DNA of 64,000 bases from a virus. Under the pieces are notes generated by a model. The model made no database searches. It saw only the letters and a list, made by a program, of their open reading frames with translations, and had not been told where the DNA came from. Numbering within the stretch: position 1 is the stretch's first letter; each line of letters opens with the position of its first letter. A program made the translations under genes and the position numbers. Below are positions 46,601 to 55,594 of this stretch, piece by piece. The DNA is taken from positions 64,001-128,000 of the IMG/VR virus record IMGVR_UViG_3300038301_000548. The stretch is one strand, 5' to 3'.

Positions 46601-49600
46601 TCTGTATTCACTTTCGCTGTATATATCTTTTCTTGCTGTGGGTCTAATACATCATCACACTTTTTAAATTCATAGATATCTTCCTTATTTAAGGTTATTT
46701 CTTTTCCAGAGTTTATTATTTTGTATAAATCTCTATTTTTATTAGAATTTCTGTTTGATCCCTGATCCAACACCCTGTTTCGATCGACAGTCAGTCGATA
46801 AGGCCTTGTAAGCTTTCTTATTGCATAGGTAGATCCACTAACTACGGTGTTCATGCGAGTTCTTAAGGTTTCCCTAACTGGGTCCGTAGTTGCTGAGACC
46901 TTAATCTCTTTGTCTCTCTCCGCCCTGTCAGACCACCAAAGGCAATTATTTTCTTGCTGGTGTGTGGTTGACGTTGTTCCTGTGCCACCAGAGAATCCAA
47001 CAAGAGCCAACAGCCCGGAGTTAATTGTACTGGAGATTGTTACATTTCCTGCAGACCCTAGGGTTGCTTGAGTTAGTGATAAGGCGCCGGCTCCACCGGT
47101 TGGACCAGCGATAGAGATAGATCCGTTATGGCCGGCAGCGCTGAGGATTGCCGTCTTAAGCTCCGTTGCGTATGCGTCCTTATTGAACCCGGTGATTTGC
47201 ACTCTTATTCTACCAGAGCCGTCGACTGTTGCAGTAGCTCCGTCCGAGTCGTCATCAAAAATGTAGATCTTCTCTAAGCCGGCTGCGTCTGTGATGGTAA
47301 CAGTTCCTGCATCATAATTAGAAGTAGAAGACCCAATACAAGTTATTGTGGCGGTCGCGGCGGCAAGGGTACCAGTTGTTGTCGTCTCTTTTAGTGGAGC
47401 ATGGCCATGTTCCCAGTCATAAAGGAGTTCGTTTATTGCGAGTATATTACCTTCAATCTTTGGGTCCTTAAACTCAAACACAGGAGACTTGTGTTGATAC
47501 TTGCTTCTTTCAAAAGCATGACTCTCAACCACATCTTCAAGCCCCAACTTCATCGCGGATGTTGCGGGTTGGAGTTTCTCTAGCATCTTGCCCAATGAAG
47601 AGTCTATCCATTTGTAGTACTCTACAAACTTATCTAAATCTATATCGTTTTCCACCTGGGAAAAGAACCGATCTCGAAGCTTTTCCAGGCTCTTATACTG
47701 TTGCCGATATTTATAGACTGGTTCACCTACAAGATTGTTAAACTCTTTTACGCCGGCTAGCATTTTAATCATCTCTCTAGATATGACCTGATACATGCTC
47801 TTTTCATAAGTGAACAGATAGGTTATTGGCCTAGAATCAAGCTGAAACACTTCTATTTCGTGGTCTTTAATTTCTATCTTAGACCTGGAGTGCATATTAT
47901 CAATCGGTAGGTATCTTACAGATGTTAGATGTTCTTGATCTATATTTGGTAACCCTGTAGAAATCGTGGAGGTTATTGCAGGGTATTTATAACCTACGAT
48001 GGATCCAAGACTCTCCACAGAAGAGGCTGATCCTGATGAAGCATCGATAATCGATACCTTATTTGATGAGAAAGTGCTATCCTCAAACTGCCAATTTAAG
48101 ATTAAAGTATCTTTTCTATCTCTATTGGCTCCTCTGTTGTCTCTTTTGCCGTAAAAGCTATATAGACGGCCGGTCGATTGAACTCCCTTTGCATGCTCCC
48201 TTAGCTCTTCAGTCTCCAAATAGTCATCCCACGCAGTGAGGTTTACAACTTTTGCATCTGAAATATTTAATAGTGACCCTGTAATATTAGTTCTTCGTGC
48301 GCCGGCATATAAACTTTTCTTGCCCTGCATGAAACTATCATATTGTGCTTTGGTTAATGATTCAGAAAGTTCAAAATTTGAAGTCAAGACATCCAGATCA
48401 TATCGATAGCCTGCAAATTCTATTTTATACGTGTTGGAAATATTGTTATCAAAGTCACTTAATGGCATTCCAGAGTTTTCTGATAATCTTACTGATAGGT
48501 GCCACGGTGTATCGTCATACACTCCCCTAAAATAGGGAGTCTTAATTTCAGTAAACAACCCTGCAGATGAAGATAGACTAAAATAACTGCCTTCTCGATC
48601 AGTTCCTGATTTAATCGTCTTAACCGAGAGGCCCGAATTGTTGGGCGAAGATAAGAAAAGCTCTTGGTCACTAACTTGATTGGTACCGAAAATGGAAGAT
48701 GTCAAGGCTGTATTTTCTACTTTTGTGACTTTCGGGAAAATAAAATTTCCTTCTAGGGTGAAAGACGTAGAATCATTCTTTCCTTCTATGTAATTTTTTT
48801 CCTCAGAAGTTGTTGCTGTTTGATGCAGAGTCACTCCAGTGTTTGAGCCTGTGAAAGAGAGAGACTTCACTTTAATAGCTGAGTATACTGGTTCGTTTTT
48901 TATCTCTTTTTCTATGTTGTTGATATATGTGTTTGGCGATATTAAGTCTTCATCAACCCCAAAACACCTAATAAGGTTTCTAAAAGCCGCGCGGGTGCCC
49001 TTTGTTGTGTATATATTGCTAAGATTATTATAGACTGAACTCAATATTTGTTCTTTTACTATTTCTGCTTTTGAATATATTAATTTTGGAAGACCAGTGG
49101 CGTATTCATCGTGTGTATTAGTTCCTAAATTGTTAAAATATTCGGAAGTGTTTACCTTATCGATGATTGGCAGCTCACCAACATCCCAGCCCCGGGCTGC
49201 TAGATTTTGAAATGAAAATTTTCGTTGAGATAAACCATCATAATTGTTCGTGAAATCTTGGGGGGCACCAAGAATGGAAGAAAAATTTGATTTATAATTA
49301 TCAGATGAAGTCTCATAGGGCTGTGGAAGATAAGTTGTTAGTCCTATTTGAGATACTCCCTTAATTAAGAGCCTTATATCATCAAACTTTGACGCGATGG
49401 CCTGTAGTAATATGGAGAAATTACTATCTAAATTACTACTGCCTTCTGGAATGTCAAAGGCCCATTGTGGAACAGTATGAAATAGCGAAGAATTATTATA
49501 TTTATCATGTGTTTTTGCGATCTTTTTAAGTTCTAATAATCTACTCTTCACTAGAGGAGAATTGCCATTGATAATGGGGTCTCCTACTTCCCTGTTATGG

Positions 49601-50916
49601 GTTATTGAAGGTGATGCCTTTGTTATCGCGGATTCGGTAGATCTAGAAGTGTCCCTATATCCTATGAATTCACCGTTGTTCAGGCGGCCTGAATAGTCAA
49701 CTACTACTGAATCAGTATTTGATAGGCCAGTAACTGACTCGTTAAACTTATAGTAAAGCCCTAGGACACTGTCAATTGACTCACTGTCGGTCGCGCCGAC
49801 TGTCGGCCGGTCGAAATAGTCGTTTATTTGTTTGGATGTGCGCTTTTGTTTCCAAATTCGAACATCATCCAGAGACCCGCTGAACTGGCCATACCCTTCA
49901 GTAGCACCGACGGAGCCGAAGTCCATACCTAGAGCACCGATTGCTCCTCTAAAATGACTGTCGACGGCGCCGAATGTTCCGAAAGTTTCTGTCGAAAAGC
50001 CTTTGGTGTCAGAGTGAAGGCCATCAATATATAATTCGCATTTCAAGACGTCGGCTTCTACCCCGAAAGAGAATGCATAATGATGCCAAGTGTTGTCTAG
50101 GACAGCTGCGCGGGCTTCATCGGAGATACCGATTAGTTTTCTAGCTATACCCCCTGAACCGGACAGATAAGTCACACTAAAAGCGCCGTCCTGTTCCGAA
50201 TCTAAAGAGACTTGCATTCTGCCATATGAGTTTGATGATTCGCCTGCTGTATCAGTAAATACATCGACAACAACTTCCCTCTTTGTCTTGTCCGTTGGAT
50301 AGTCATCTTTCTTCATCCAAAACTCTATTGTGTTTCCGGTCGATGGATCTATCTTTAGGCTGCTTTCCCGGTTCGAGTGGGAGTCAATCACTGTTCCGAC
50401 ATAAGGGCCACCTGAAAATTTAATATATTCTGGTGTTGAACTCTTCGCGTATTTCCCTTTTGTATCACTGACAATGCCCCAGCCGTTGCTACTAAATGCT
50501 GCAGAGCCGGTGGCCATGGGGTATTGCCTTTGAAGTATTGCCAGGTCGATAGCGGAAGCTGACAAGGCCCATTGCACTCTTTCATAGTTTGAGCCGTCAT
50601 ACGGATAGGAATTATAAATATAAGAAAATGAATTTTCATAATATTTTTCAGCGCTTCCGTAAACCGCGAAAGACGCAGGGTTATGAATATCAATCGGTGG
50701 AATTGCTCTTCTTAAGAACTGAGCATATGATTCCGCGTGCTGGGATGATTCTATATCATTCGCCTGTCCTGGCGTGTCGGACGATATCAGTTGATATCCT
50801 TCCTGGAAAGGCTCTTGTCCGACTACTACAAACTCTTGTAATTGCTCCTTGAGCAGTGAGACTTTTGAATTCTCTGGCTGCCTAGGGAGGTAAGGGTACT
50901 TATTGTTATCTGTCAT
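40624..50916 (-). CDS. Giant baseplate/virion protein (3430 aa) with LamG/concanavalin-like domain(s)
   Basis: TIEFWMK...WHHYAFSF...LYIDG...FSGSLDDVRIW LamG pattern; ATGA overlap with the upstream gene; downstream of the gp6-like gene. Confidence 0.75.
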   Translation of the reverse strand: MTDNNKYPYLPRQPENSKVSLLKEQLQEFVVVGQEPFQEGYQLISSDTPGQANDIESSQHAESYAQFLRRAIPPIDIHNPASFAVYGSAEKYYENSFSYIYNSYPYDGSNYERVQWALSASAIDLAILQRQYPMATGSAAFSSNGWGIVSDTKGKYAKSSTPEYIKFSGGPYVGTVIDSHSNRESSLKIDPSTGNTIEFWMKKDDYPTDKTKREVVVDVFTDTAGESSNSYGRMQVSLDSEQDGAFSVTYLSGSGGIARKLIGISDEARAAVLDNTWHHYAFSFGVEADVLKCELYIDGLHSDTKGFSTETFGTFGAVDSHFRGAIGALGMDFGSVGATEGYGQFSGSLDDVRIWKQKRTSKQINDYFDRPTVGATDSESIDSVLGLYYKFNESVTGLSNTDSVVVDYSGRLNNGEFIGYRDTSRSTESAITKASPSITHNREVGDPIINGNSPLVKSRLLELKKIAKTHDKYNNSSLFHTVPQWAFDIPEGSSNLDSNFSILLQAIASKFDDIRLLIKGVSQIGLTTYLPQPYETSSDNYKSNFSSILGAPQDFTNNYDGLSQRKFSFQNLAARGWDVGELPIIDKVNTSEYFNNLGTNTHDEYATGLPKLIYSKAEIVKEQILSSVYNNLSNIYTTKGTRAAFRNLIRCFGVDEDLISPNTYINNIEKEIKNEPVYSAIKVKSLSFTGSNTGVTLHQTATTSEEKNYIEGKNDSTSFTLEGNFIFPKVTKVENTALTSSIFGTNQVSDQELFLSSPNNSGLSVKTIKSGTDREGSYFSLSSSAGLFTEIKTPYFRGVYDDTPWHLSVRLSENSGMPLSDFDNNISNTYKIEFAGYRYDLDVLTSNFELSESLTKAQYDSFMQGKKSLYAGARRTNITGSLLNISDAKVVNLTAWDDYLETEELREHAKGVQSTGRLYSFYGKRDNRGANRDRKDTLILNWQFEDSTFSSNKVSIIDASSGSASSVESLGSIVGYKYPAITSTISTGLPNIDQEHLTSVRYLPIDNMHSRSKIEIKDHEIEVFQLDSRPITYLFTYEKSMYQVISREMIKMLAGVKEFNNLVGEPVYKYRQQYKSLEKLRDRFFSQVENDIDLDKFVEYYKWIDSSLGKMLEKLQPATSAMKLGLEDVVESHAFERSKYQHKSPVFEFKDPKIEGNILAINELLYDWEHGHAPLKETTTTGTLAAATATITCIGSSTSNYDAGTVTITDAAGLEKIYIFDDDSDGATATVDGSGRIRVQITGFNKDAYATELKTAILSAAGHNGSISIAGPTGGAGALSLTQATLGSAGNVTISSTINSGLLALVGFSGGTGTTSTTHQQENNCLWWSDRAERDKEIKVSATTDPVRETLRTRMNTVVSGSTYAIRKLTRPYRLTVDRNRVLDQGSNRNSNKNRDLYKIINSGKEITLNKEDIYEFKKCDDVLDPQQEKIYTAKVNTEGTDGYLDMDSDLMMPFTFYSSSAGTDFSNFKDNLSITNLHDDHSPSLQSPFIRENVGGMPHRNVKLGTIDKERPEAFILTASNTKFTLKQHTGVKSVFTRGPNAFYNIRNIKTDINRKSLGNYDKNYEIVLTSGRNLNNRMIADTGSLVITPKTANQLLDIVDYKVPTRPRSEHIIVNRFSSPGAPETQAAYGRDKESEEYSIYNSINYRNLSVRQPLALLEKEHSKQFGIRSGSSTQASVHMTNRNYFYYTGSSGEMSRPDNTFIQHPIPQNDFGYSWIISSATNDKFDFVNKNSGLGHQHNFSVPAPDASSYLKSKEAILFATASTLGSHTSVVGGSSFGHSFGAALHSSFHTLGNFIPVDFVGLNTIIYEPIDLNSNSAGYNSLTWYNKPTTGLGLVETNYVNETINNSHGDATEDTVNPYGVAAVLNALIHHRQGPYGWPSWKQIRGYEHPITRAHRKSNTISRVFVGNSGIGESSIIKSSETPSMNKGYSWNKLGTSFEDAYHRARRLDSVGQVQKSRITKNYKEIMVTNRFRPITVTIHGHEAPRGNVGDSKDFEFGRGIDPRMPEFFKIREATKKLTQTLRENSWNLDSYYYESISHPGHLSEREMQPGQINNPFIYFGHVSYKESFQNDISCFANEELVRDIKFKERVDHKSLDFLNTLIEENSNLERKLIEVNYIEKIYPREVNTYTKDARERQNFNFWSWNSNRDSRNIILSGNIVHKKSGNDNLLTATKVTAFPAFISHNKLDYKKSFYGLYDAVDVESDNDSTLDVTAYITASTWPLDSRKDFAAKPTNVNNSYFISGSAALASRDQGTRGEGILQNDFSTFAMGYNGLYGTPPFATVYNRRIPQIHGVHTYLAGEAKWEAADNTIGPFYDSYKDYAFDSIRLIAQDHSIIPEFRISQFVEDVLSGAREYPSLGNDFLSLTGAVNHTSPAEISVDGQFFKTYSNSDFLKYFSLVQEEVIDENDLTATRLTLKCKAAMKFLPYRGFYPAERSLELAEMFNRNYLDVEDLSIRYLPNGPISRDEADKYLNLRTKAARYSAEKCFTGPGILFNSIKAGTAVDYPIFATDFSQAQENTPSNYIVRKHVTFGIPSTTSVTGSLINSTTDRGLPRLSGSIHHRIEFEDLLNPVNIHRVAIYDNEAHPSASLLYGNSFWNRVIERPAVFGALNRNAMARNLGLDVNNTAENFSRQMLPYTLAMQNFAAETVNFFLKDGHLSTAISKPIKQFFQKETVNKMKVRLTNVDTVMYDRHSAFGPPVDDTGTGVNFVKYTPNSSATSDFVEITFKNPGANANFNLDSVTASGSMPVITLKDAGLGAPYEVVDYVFYSSAASFSPGGHQSDSQRYINVNGVSADNLAAAFLAAHGGTFLPTTFDVTRTGAKIRIQTNDAPGADSGTSIEYGNNALENLIVEEEAQFGGAATVGSESYTKSTVSNLHSHGYAPYVPPFLDPDSDPYVEITFTPTESRDYLAKEIISSCSFEYYNFHTVPNNATTNTNYKHAMALSASLNLGMCVELETDNMNLVLSGDGLLSNVEDPEHINVESTQQVDANNRFSRWVIQTKWETPVLDFTNVTSSALDLSTNSVNFVTGSPWKTRYWDSYYTQSLGKTTTPYLTSSTGIWHQKGAKIPSVGPASAKGYYLKVEDVPSADGQPGLAELLGFNSEDTVSRTKAIPKVNEYRRKLGALEDKKLLKEAIVAIPYVIDEESENEVRFVNFARTPGSYYVQARDNVDKIKRELDLMTISSHISTLEEYRELLRRYEVKSQTYMSDSPVNAIEYQLFMMDEYILPPQLDFLVSGTDPYMMYFFQFKASMDSSDLANVWQNLYPSSSSSTAKPRYSYPNKEFEGRITPHNDVSYVSHYLNTEKLNGRTLSPVHNTDNLFSPIGDKNKTRWLVFKVKQRGIANLEKIRQRSIDPRESNFRSPIEYLRESKNSRNPAGIPKDLPGLNDLAHSKLQFNWPYDYFSFVELVKLDAKIDLYNYIE

Positions 50917-53150
50917 GGGCTAACTCTAAATCTAAATTTCTCTGGTTGTTCTATATAATCTGATCCGTCTTTTAGCAGGAATGAGATTTCATATGCGTTA
51001 TTTGGCTCAAGTAATGTCATATCCAAATCGAAGAAAGAACCCTGGTTATCGTATGAGACTGAAGAATAACTAGGTGTTGAGCCGGTTGAGTATGATACTA
51101 CCTCATAATTGTCATAAACTTTAGTTATTTTATAGAATAAGTCTCTTATGTTGTTGATTGGAGCAGACTTTGAAGCTTTAGTGTAGATGTTTGGCTGCCA
51201 ATTCTTGTCTCTCGTGTAAATCCTAAAAGTTGTCCTCTCGTCTTTCAGATAAGAATCTTTCAAATTTGTTATATTAAGATTATAAGACGGCATCTCGTAA
51301 GAATTGTCATGAGACTCATTATAAATAGTGAAACCAGAACCGGTGGTCAAGGTAGTCGCGACGCCGGCAATCGACTTAGCCCAGACGTCGTAAACAAATG
51401 TCTGTGAACCGGTGTATGCAAATGAGGCTTTATACACTCCTGTTGCGTGCTTACTGGCTGTGATGTGTCGGACGCTTGCTGGCAAGACACCTCCCGCATT
51501 AGGTACCAACTTTTCCCCGGCGCTAGTTGGTGATGGCACGGTATGAAGAGAGACGACCAAATTTGACCCAATATTTGGCAAGTCGTAAAATGAACCTCTT
51601 CTTTTGTTATACAGAAATATTGTATTTAAATTTTCTGCAGCAGGAGCGAGTGAGCTAGACTTTGCTATATAGTTCCTATCGTCTTTTATAGAATCATCCC
51701 ACTGAGCTTCGAGTGCTGGTCTACGAAGGTATTCGTGAGACCCTCTTGCTAAAAACTTTTTTGTATAATATGAACTTTGTTTCGATCCGTTTTCATATTC
51801 TTCTGCTAGTTTGACCACCATTCCATAATTAGGCATTCCAGTACCAGAAGTAAAGTTGACTATAGTTGCTCCGTCGTCGCCGGTGGGAATATTTGATGAA
51901 ATATTAGTATTTCCATGAAGCCCAGTGGCGGATTGTGTCATATTAAGGACTGTTGTATTAGTGCTAGTCACTATCTTTAATTTAAAATCTAAATCAACCC
52001 TGTCTTTTAAGATTGTAGCTGTGGCCGTAGAGTTGGCACCTATACCTAAGTACCAGGTGTTGCCTAGTGAATATGCAGAAGTCCCATTTGTCTTAAAAAC
52101 ATACTTAAACTCCTGACCTTCATGGGAGCGTATGGTCAGAGTAGGATCATCTAACCCACCTGCAAAAGCAGATAAGGTATTTGAATTTCCAAGCGATTCT
52201 GTGTTTGCTTGGCCGTTTCCTTTTATTCCAGAGACGGCATGTGTAAATGTTACAGTTGCGCTGCTTGCATCTATAGGCGCCGCAGTGATCTTATCTTTAG
52301 TTGTTGAGTTAGCCGCATTAACAGAGATAGCAATTGCTTGCCCCAGCTTCGCCACGGTATTAGCATCACTTATTCCGATGATATTGTTCCCCGATGAAGC
52401 AATATTTGTTCCGTTATTAGTAGTAAAAGTATGCGAAACGCCATCGGCATCCTTTAAGATGAGCTTAGCATCATTAGCCAGGTTTGTGGTGTTGTTGACC
52501 AAAATCGTCGCAGTCGGGGCTTTCTTAAGCGAGTTTTCAAATCCAGAACCGAAAGTCACACTGCCGGCAGCTGCAACGATTGAATCTCCGCCCTTATAAT
52601 ATTTGATCCATTCTTCTACTAGGCCAGTGACATCGATGTTCAGATCTTCTGTTCCCTCGGATAAAAACTGAGTGTGCTCCATCGGAATACTAGAAGTTAT
52701 ATATGTAGATTTCCCGTAGTCTGAACCTGTGCTGTGCCATACATTTCCTGTAGATGCTGTCAACCAATTGCTAGGTTCTGTGTTCAGGTAGCTCTCCATG
52801 TCTAGGCCGTCACCTTCAGTCCAGCTACGTAATACAGGGTGGGCTACGATTTGATAATCTTCAGGAGTTGTTTGGCCGTGTTCGGAATTGAAAAACCTTA
52901 ACTTAAAACTCACAGAACCACTTTCGGGTAAAATGGAACTATCTCTGTCTTTCGAGATAGATTCTACTGGAAATTCAGATAAAATCCGAGTCATCTCGAG
53001 TGAAGAACTGCTGGCCTGGCCGTATATCGAAAACAATTCTAAGATGTCCGAGGCGCCCATATTTGAATTAAAGGACCTAGATGTCAAGTTTTCTCTAAAA
53101 GCTGCAGAAATTGTATTATCTTTTGTTGCAATATATCTTTTTATACTCAT
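50913..53150 (-). CDS. Baseplate-associated protein (745 aa) with nested inserted domains
   Basis: Follows the gp6-like gene; N-terminal domain with VLRSWTEGDG..W motif (DNRLRE/CBM-like, tentative). Confidence 0.65.
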   Translation of the reverse strand: MSIKRYIATKDNTISAAFRENLTSRSFNSNMGASDILELFSIYGQASSSSLEMTRILSEFPVESISKDRDSSILPESGSVSFKLRFFNSEHGQTTPEDYQIVAHPVLRSWTEGDGLDMESYLNTEPSNWLTASTGNVWHSTGSDYGKSTYITSSIPMEHTQFLSEGTEDLNIDVTGLVEEWIKYYKGGDSIVAAAGSVTFGSGFENSLKKAPTATILVNNTTNLANDAKLILKDADGVSHTFTTNNGTNIASSGNNIIGISDANTVAKLGQAIAISVNAANSTTKDKITAAPIDASSATVTFTHAVSGIKGNGQANTESLGNSNTLSAFAGGLDDPTLTIRSHEGQEFKYVFKTNGTSAYSLGNTWYLGIGANSTATATILKDRVDLDFKLKIVTSTNTTVLNMTQSATGLHGNTNISSNIPTGDDGATIVNFTSGTGMPNYGMVVKLAEEYENGSKQSSYYTKKFLARGSHEYLRRPALEAQWDDSIKDDRNYIAKSSSLAPAAENLNTIFLYNKRRGSFYDLPNIGSNLVVSLHTVPSPTSAGEKLVPNAGGVLPASVRHITASKHATGVYKASFAYTGSQTFVYDVWAKSIAGVATTLTTGSGFTIYNESHDNSYEMPSYNLNITNLKDSYLKDERTTFRIYTRDKNWQPNIYTKASKSAPINNIRDLFYKITKVYDNYEVVSYSTGSTPSYSSVSYDNQGSFFDLDMTLLEPNNAYEISFLLKDGSDYIEQPEKFRFRVSP

Positions 53151-53151
53151 T

Positions 53152-54984
53152 TTAAGCTATCCCTACTGTCCCCGATATATCATCTAGGTATTTTATTTCC
53201 CATATGGAATTTTTTGGTATATAAATGTAACTATCATTTGGGTGTTGGTTTCCCAATACATCGTATGAATAGCTGCTATAGTTTCCGGATGATAGATTCT
53301 TAACCTTAACTCCGTTGCGTGGTGGGACTCTGACTATCTCTGGCATTGCATTCAATATCCTTTGCACCTCAGAAATGTAAAAGTACTCTCCAATGTCAGG
53401 GGGTATAACCATAAGTTCCTCATACACTCTCCTCTTAAGAGTGGAGAGAAAGGTTTGCGGGTTTACGTTGGGCTTTATAACTACATTAATTTCTAGACCA
53501 AGATTAATTATATTTGCGTCGAAAAGGTCGATGCTATCTGATATCATCCTCACTGCGTTTAACCATGTTTTCACGTTTTGCTTAATCAGGGAAGAGCAAG
53601 GTTCGAAGTCACCCCTTGCAGACTCTCCTATCAAATATATATTCAAGTTTCTTCTTAGGTCATTTGTGTCTGTTACCACCGAAGCCCTTCTGACTGCACC
53701 ATAAGATTTGGGCATTGCATATATAGAAGATACATAGTCCTGTTTAGTAACAGCGCGACCTTGACTAGAGTACCTACCTAGGTGTCTCTTTTTCAGTTCT
53801 TCCGTAGTCGGGACGCTAATTCTGCCATTTATGGGTTTTTCATTAACTACTTGCAGATTGTCTCTTACAAACTTCATATCTGCTGCAGACATTAGATGTT
53901 CATTTTTAAACTTCAAGTTTGCTTCTAACATTTCGTTGACAGTGCCGACTGCAGCATTAGAATTCGATGTTGTATTGCTTTTATATGTTATAGTTAATAC
54001 AGTGTTACTGGGTGCTACACCCAGAGAATCTGATGATATCAGACTTAACGCGTCTTGTTTTGGACTCGCAACATAAGGTAGTCCTGGTCTACTAAGTATA
54101 ACGCTGCTGGGATCTGCGATCGAATTAGTTGTGAGGTTTGCTTCGGATCCATGTCCAAAAGAAATATAAGACCTTTCTAGTTCACGTTCGACGATAAACC
54201 TCCTTGGGACAGGTTTGGGCTTCATTATGGAAGGTGAAGTCGAATCTTGGTTTTCTGGGTCTATTATTGGAGAATATACAACATCTTGTGTCAAGTGATC
54301 AACTTTTGTCCACTCTCTTCCTTTATCGTCAACACAACTGACCACAGACAAGACTGAAGAGTCAGGAATCACCAGCTTTCGAAATCTAACGTGGTCGCCG
54401 ATTTCGATAGTGAACTTTTTTTCCACACCAGATTCGACATCTACTAAAGTCTTTAATAGAAACCAATCTATTTTGGAACCGTCTGCAGATAATATATGGC
54501 CTACAACTTTAGAGTTGTTCTCGCTTAGCACAGTATCTGTAATTGTGGTATATTCATTGCCCCCCGATGATCCACATCTAGATTTGGCTCGGAGCGTGAC
54601 TTCTCCCAGTGGATCTAGTCCAGTACCATGTGTATTTGCTCTTCTGTAAGACAGAATTGTACATTCGCCAAAAGTCGGAGTCTCAGGTTGGACACTGTCT
54701 GAATTTGGAGCAAGAGTTTGGTAGTGGCTTACGAAAGAGGCCGGTTCGATACAAGAGGCTGCATTAGATTCATTTGCGGCATGATCTATATAGTGATGAA
54801 GCTGGTCACCCACCATGCTGACTAGGTCTAACATCAAGGCCCCAAAGGATGATTGATTAAAGTCTTGATATGTATTTGGGTAATATCTTTTTATATAAGT
54901 CTTCAGCTCGTCTTTGATTTCTCTAAAGCTTCTAGTCGTATAGTCAATTTCTACTTGGTCGCGAGAAGGTCTGTTTCCTGACAT
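53152..54984 (-). CDS. Baseplate wedge subunit (T4 gp6 / baseplate J-like)
   Basis: IDYTTRSFREIKDELKTYIKRYYPNTYQDFNQSSFGALMLDLVSMVGD; RAVTKQDY. Confidence 0.85.
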   Translation of the reverse strand: MSGNRPSRDQVEIDYTTRSFREIKDELKTYIKRYYPNTYQDFNQSSFGALMLDLVSMVGDQLHHYIDHAANESNAASCIEPASFVSHYQTLAPNSDSVQPETPTFGECTILSYRRANTHGTGLDPLGEVTLRAKSRCGSSGGNEYTTITDTVLSENNSKVVGHILSADGSKIDWFLLKTLVDVESGVEKKFTIEIGDHVRFRKLVIPDSSVLSVVSCVDDKGREWTKVDHLTQDVVYSPIIDPENQDSTSPSIMKPKPVPRRFIVERELERSYISFGHGSEANLTTNSIADPSSVILSRPGLPYVASPKQDALSLISSDSLGVAPSNTVLTITYKSNTTSNSNAAVGTVNEMLEANLKFKNEHLMSAADMKFVRDNLQVVNEKPINGRISVPTTEELKKRHLGRYSSQGRAVTKQDYVSSIYAMPKSYGAVRRASVVTDTNDLRRNLNIYLIGESARGDFEPCSSLIKQNVKTWLNAVRMISDSIDLFDANIINLGLEINVVIKPNVNPQTFLSTLKRRVYEELMVIPPDIGEYFYISEVQRILNAMPEIVRVPPRNGVKVKNLSSGNYSSYSYDVLGNQHPNDSYIYIPKNSIWEIKYLDDISGTVGIA

Positions 54985-55071
54985 ATTTTGTACACTCTCT
55001 TGTTTTATTATTCGGATTTAATTATTTCTAATACAATAACTATATCTTTATTGTTAAAAAAATAATTTTTA

Positions 55072-55575
55072 CTACGTCGCAAAGGGAAAATGCCTTAAAG
55101 AGTTGCTTAATTTTGTGATGTTTTGAATATCTCGAGCTGATCGATCTGTTAGAACATCCTTTATAGTTTTCATGAGTTTGTCTACTACAAACAACACAGA
55201 AATCATTCTAGGAAAAAAGTTTATACTAAAATTTATATTCAACACAGCTATATTCTCGTCCATATTTTCTTCATCTGATATAAATTGAGCTTCATTAATT
55301 ACAATATCTGGTAAATACTTTCTCACTTGTTTTTCTAACCTGGTTCTAAATTCCCCTAATTCTGGGGAGTTATAAGTCTCGAACAAATACCTATCTAGAC
55401 CTACTCCTAAGTCTGGATTCATTGGCCATTCGCCTGGGTTAGTTCTTAAAAGAAATATAAAATCTTGTATTATTGATTCTCTCAAATCTTTCACTGGCTG
55501 GTACGGGCCATGGTTTGGCGAAATTGTTAATGGCCATCGTGGCTGTATTTGTGGTTCACCTATGTTAGTCGACAT
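55072..55575 (-). CDS. Baseplate wedge protein (T4 gp25 / GPW-like)
   Basis: LLRTNPGEWPMNPDLGVGLDRYLFE motif; precedes the gp6-like gene. Confidence 0.85.
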   Translation of the reverse strand: MSTNIGEPQIQPRWPLTISPNHGPYQPVKDLRESIIQDFIFLLRTNPGEWPMNPDLGVGLDRYLFETYNSPELGEFRTRLEKQVRKYLPDIVINEAQFISDEENMDENIAVLNINFSINFFPRMISVLFVVDKLMKTIKDVLTDRSARDIQNITKLSNSLRHFPFAT

Positions 55576-55594
55576 TAGTCTTTATCTCCCTCTC

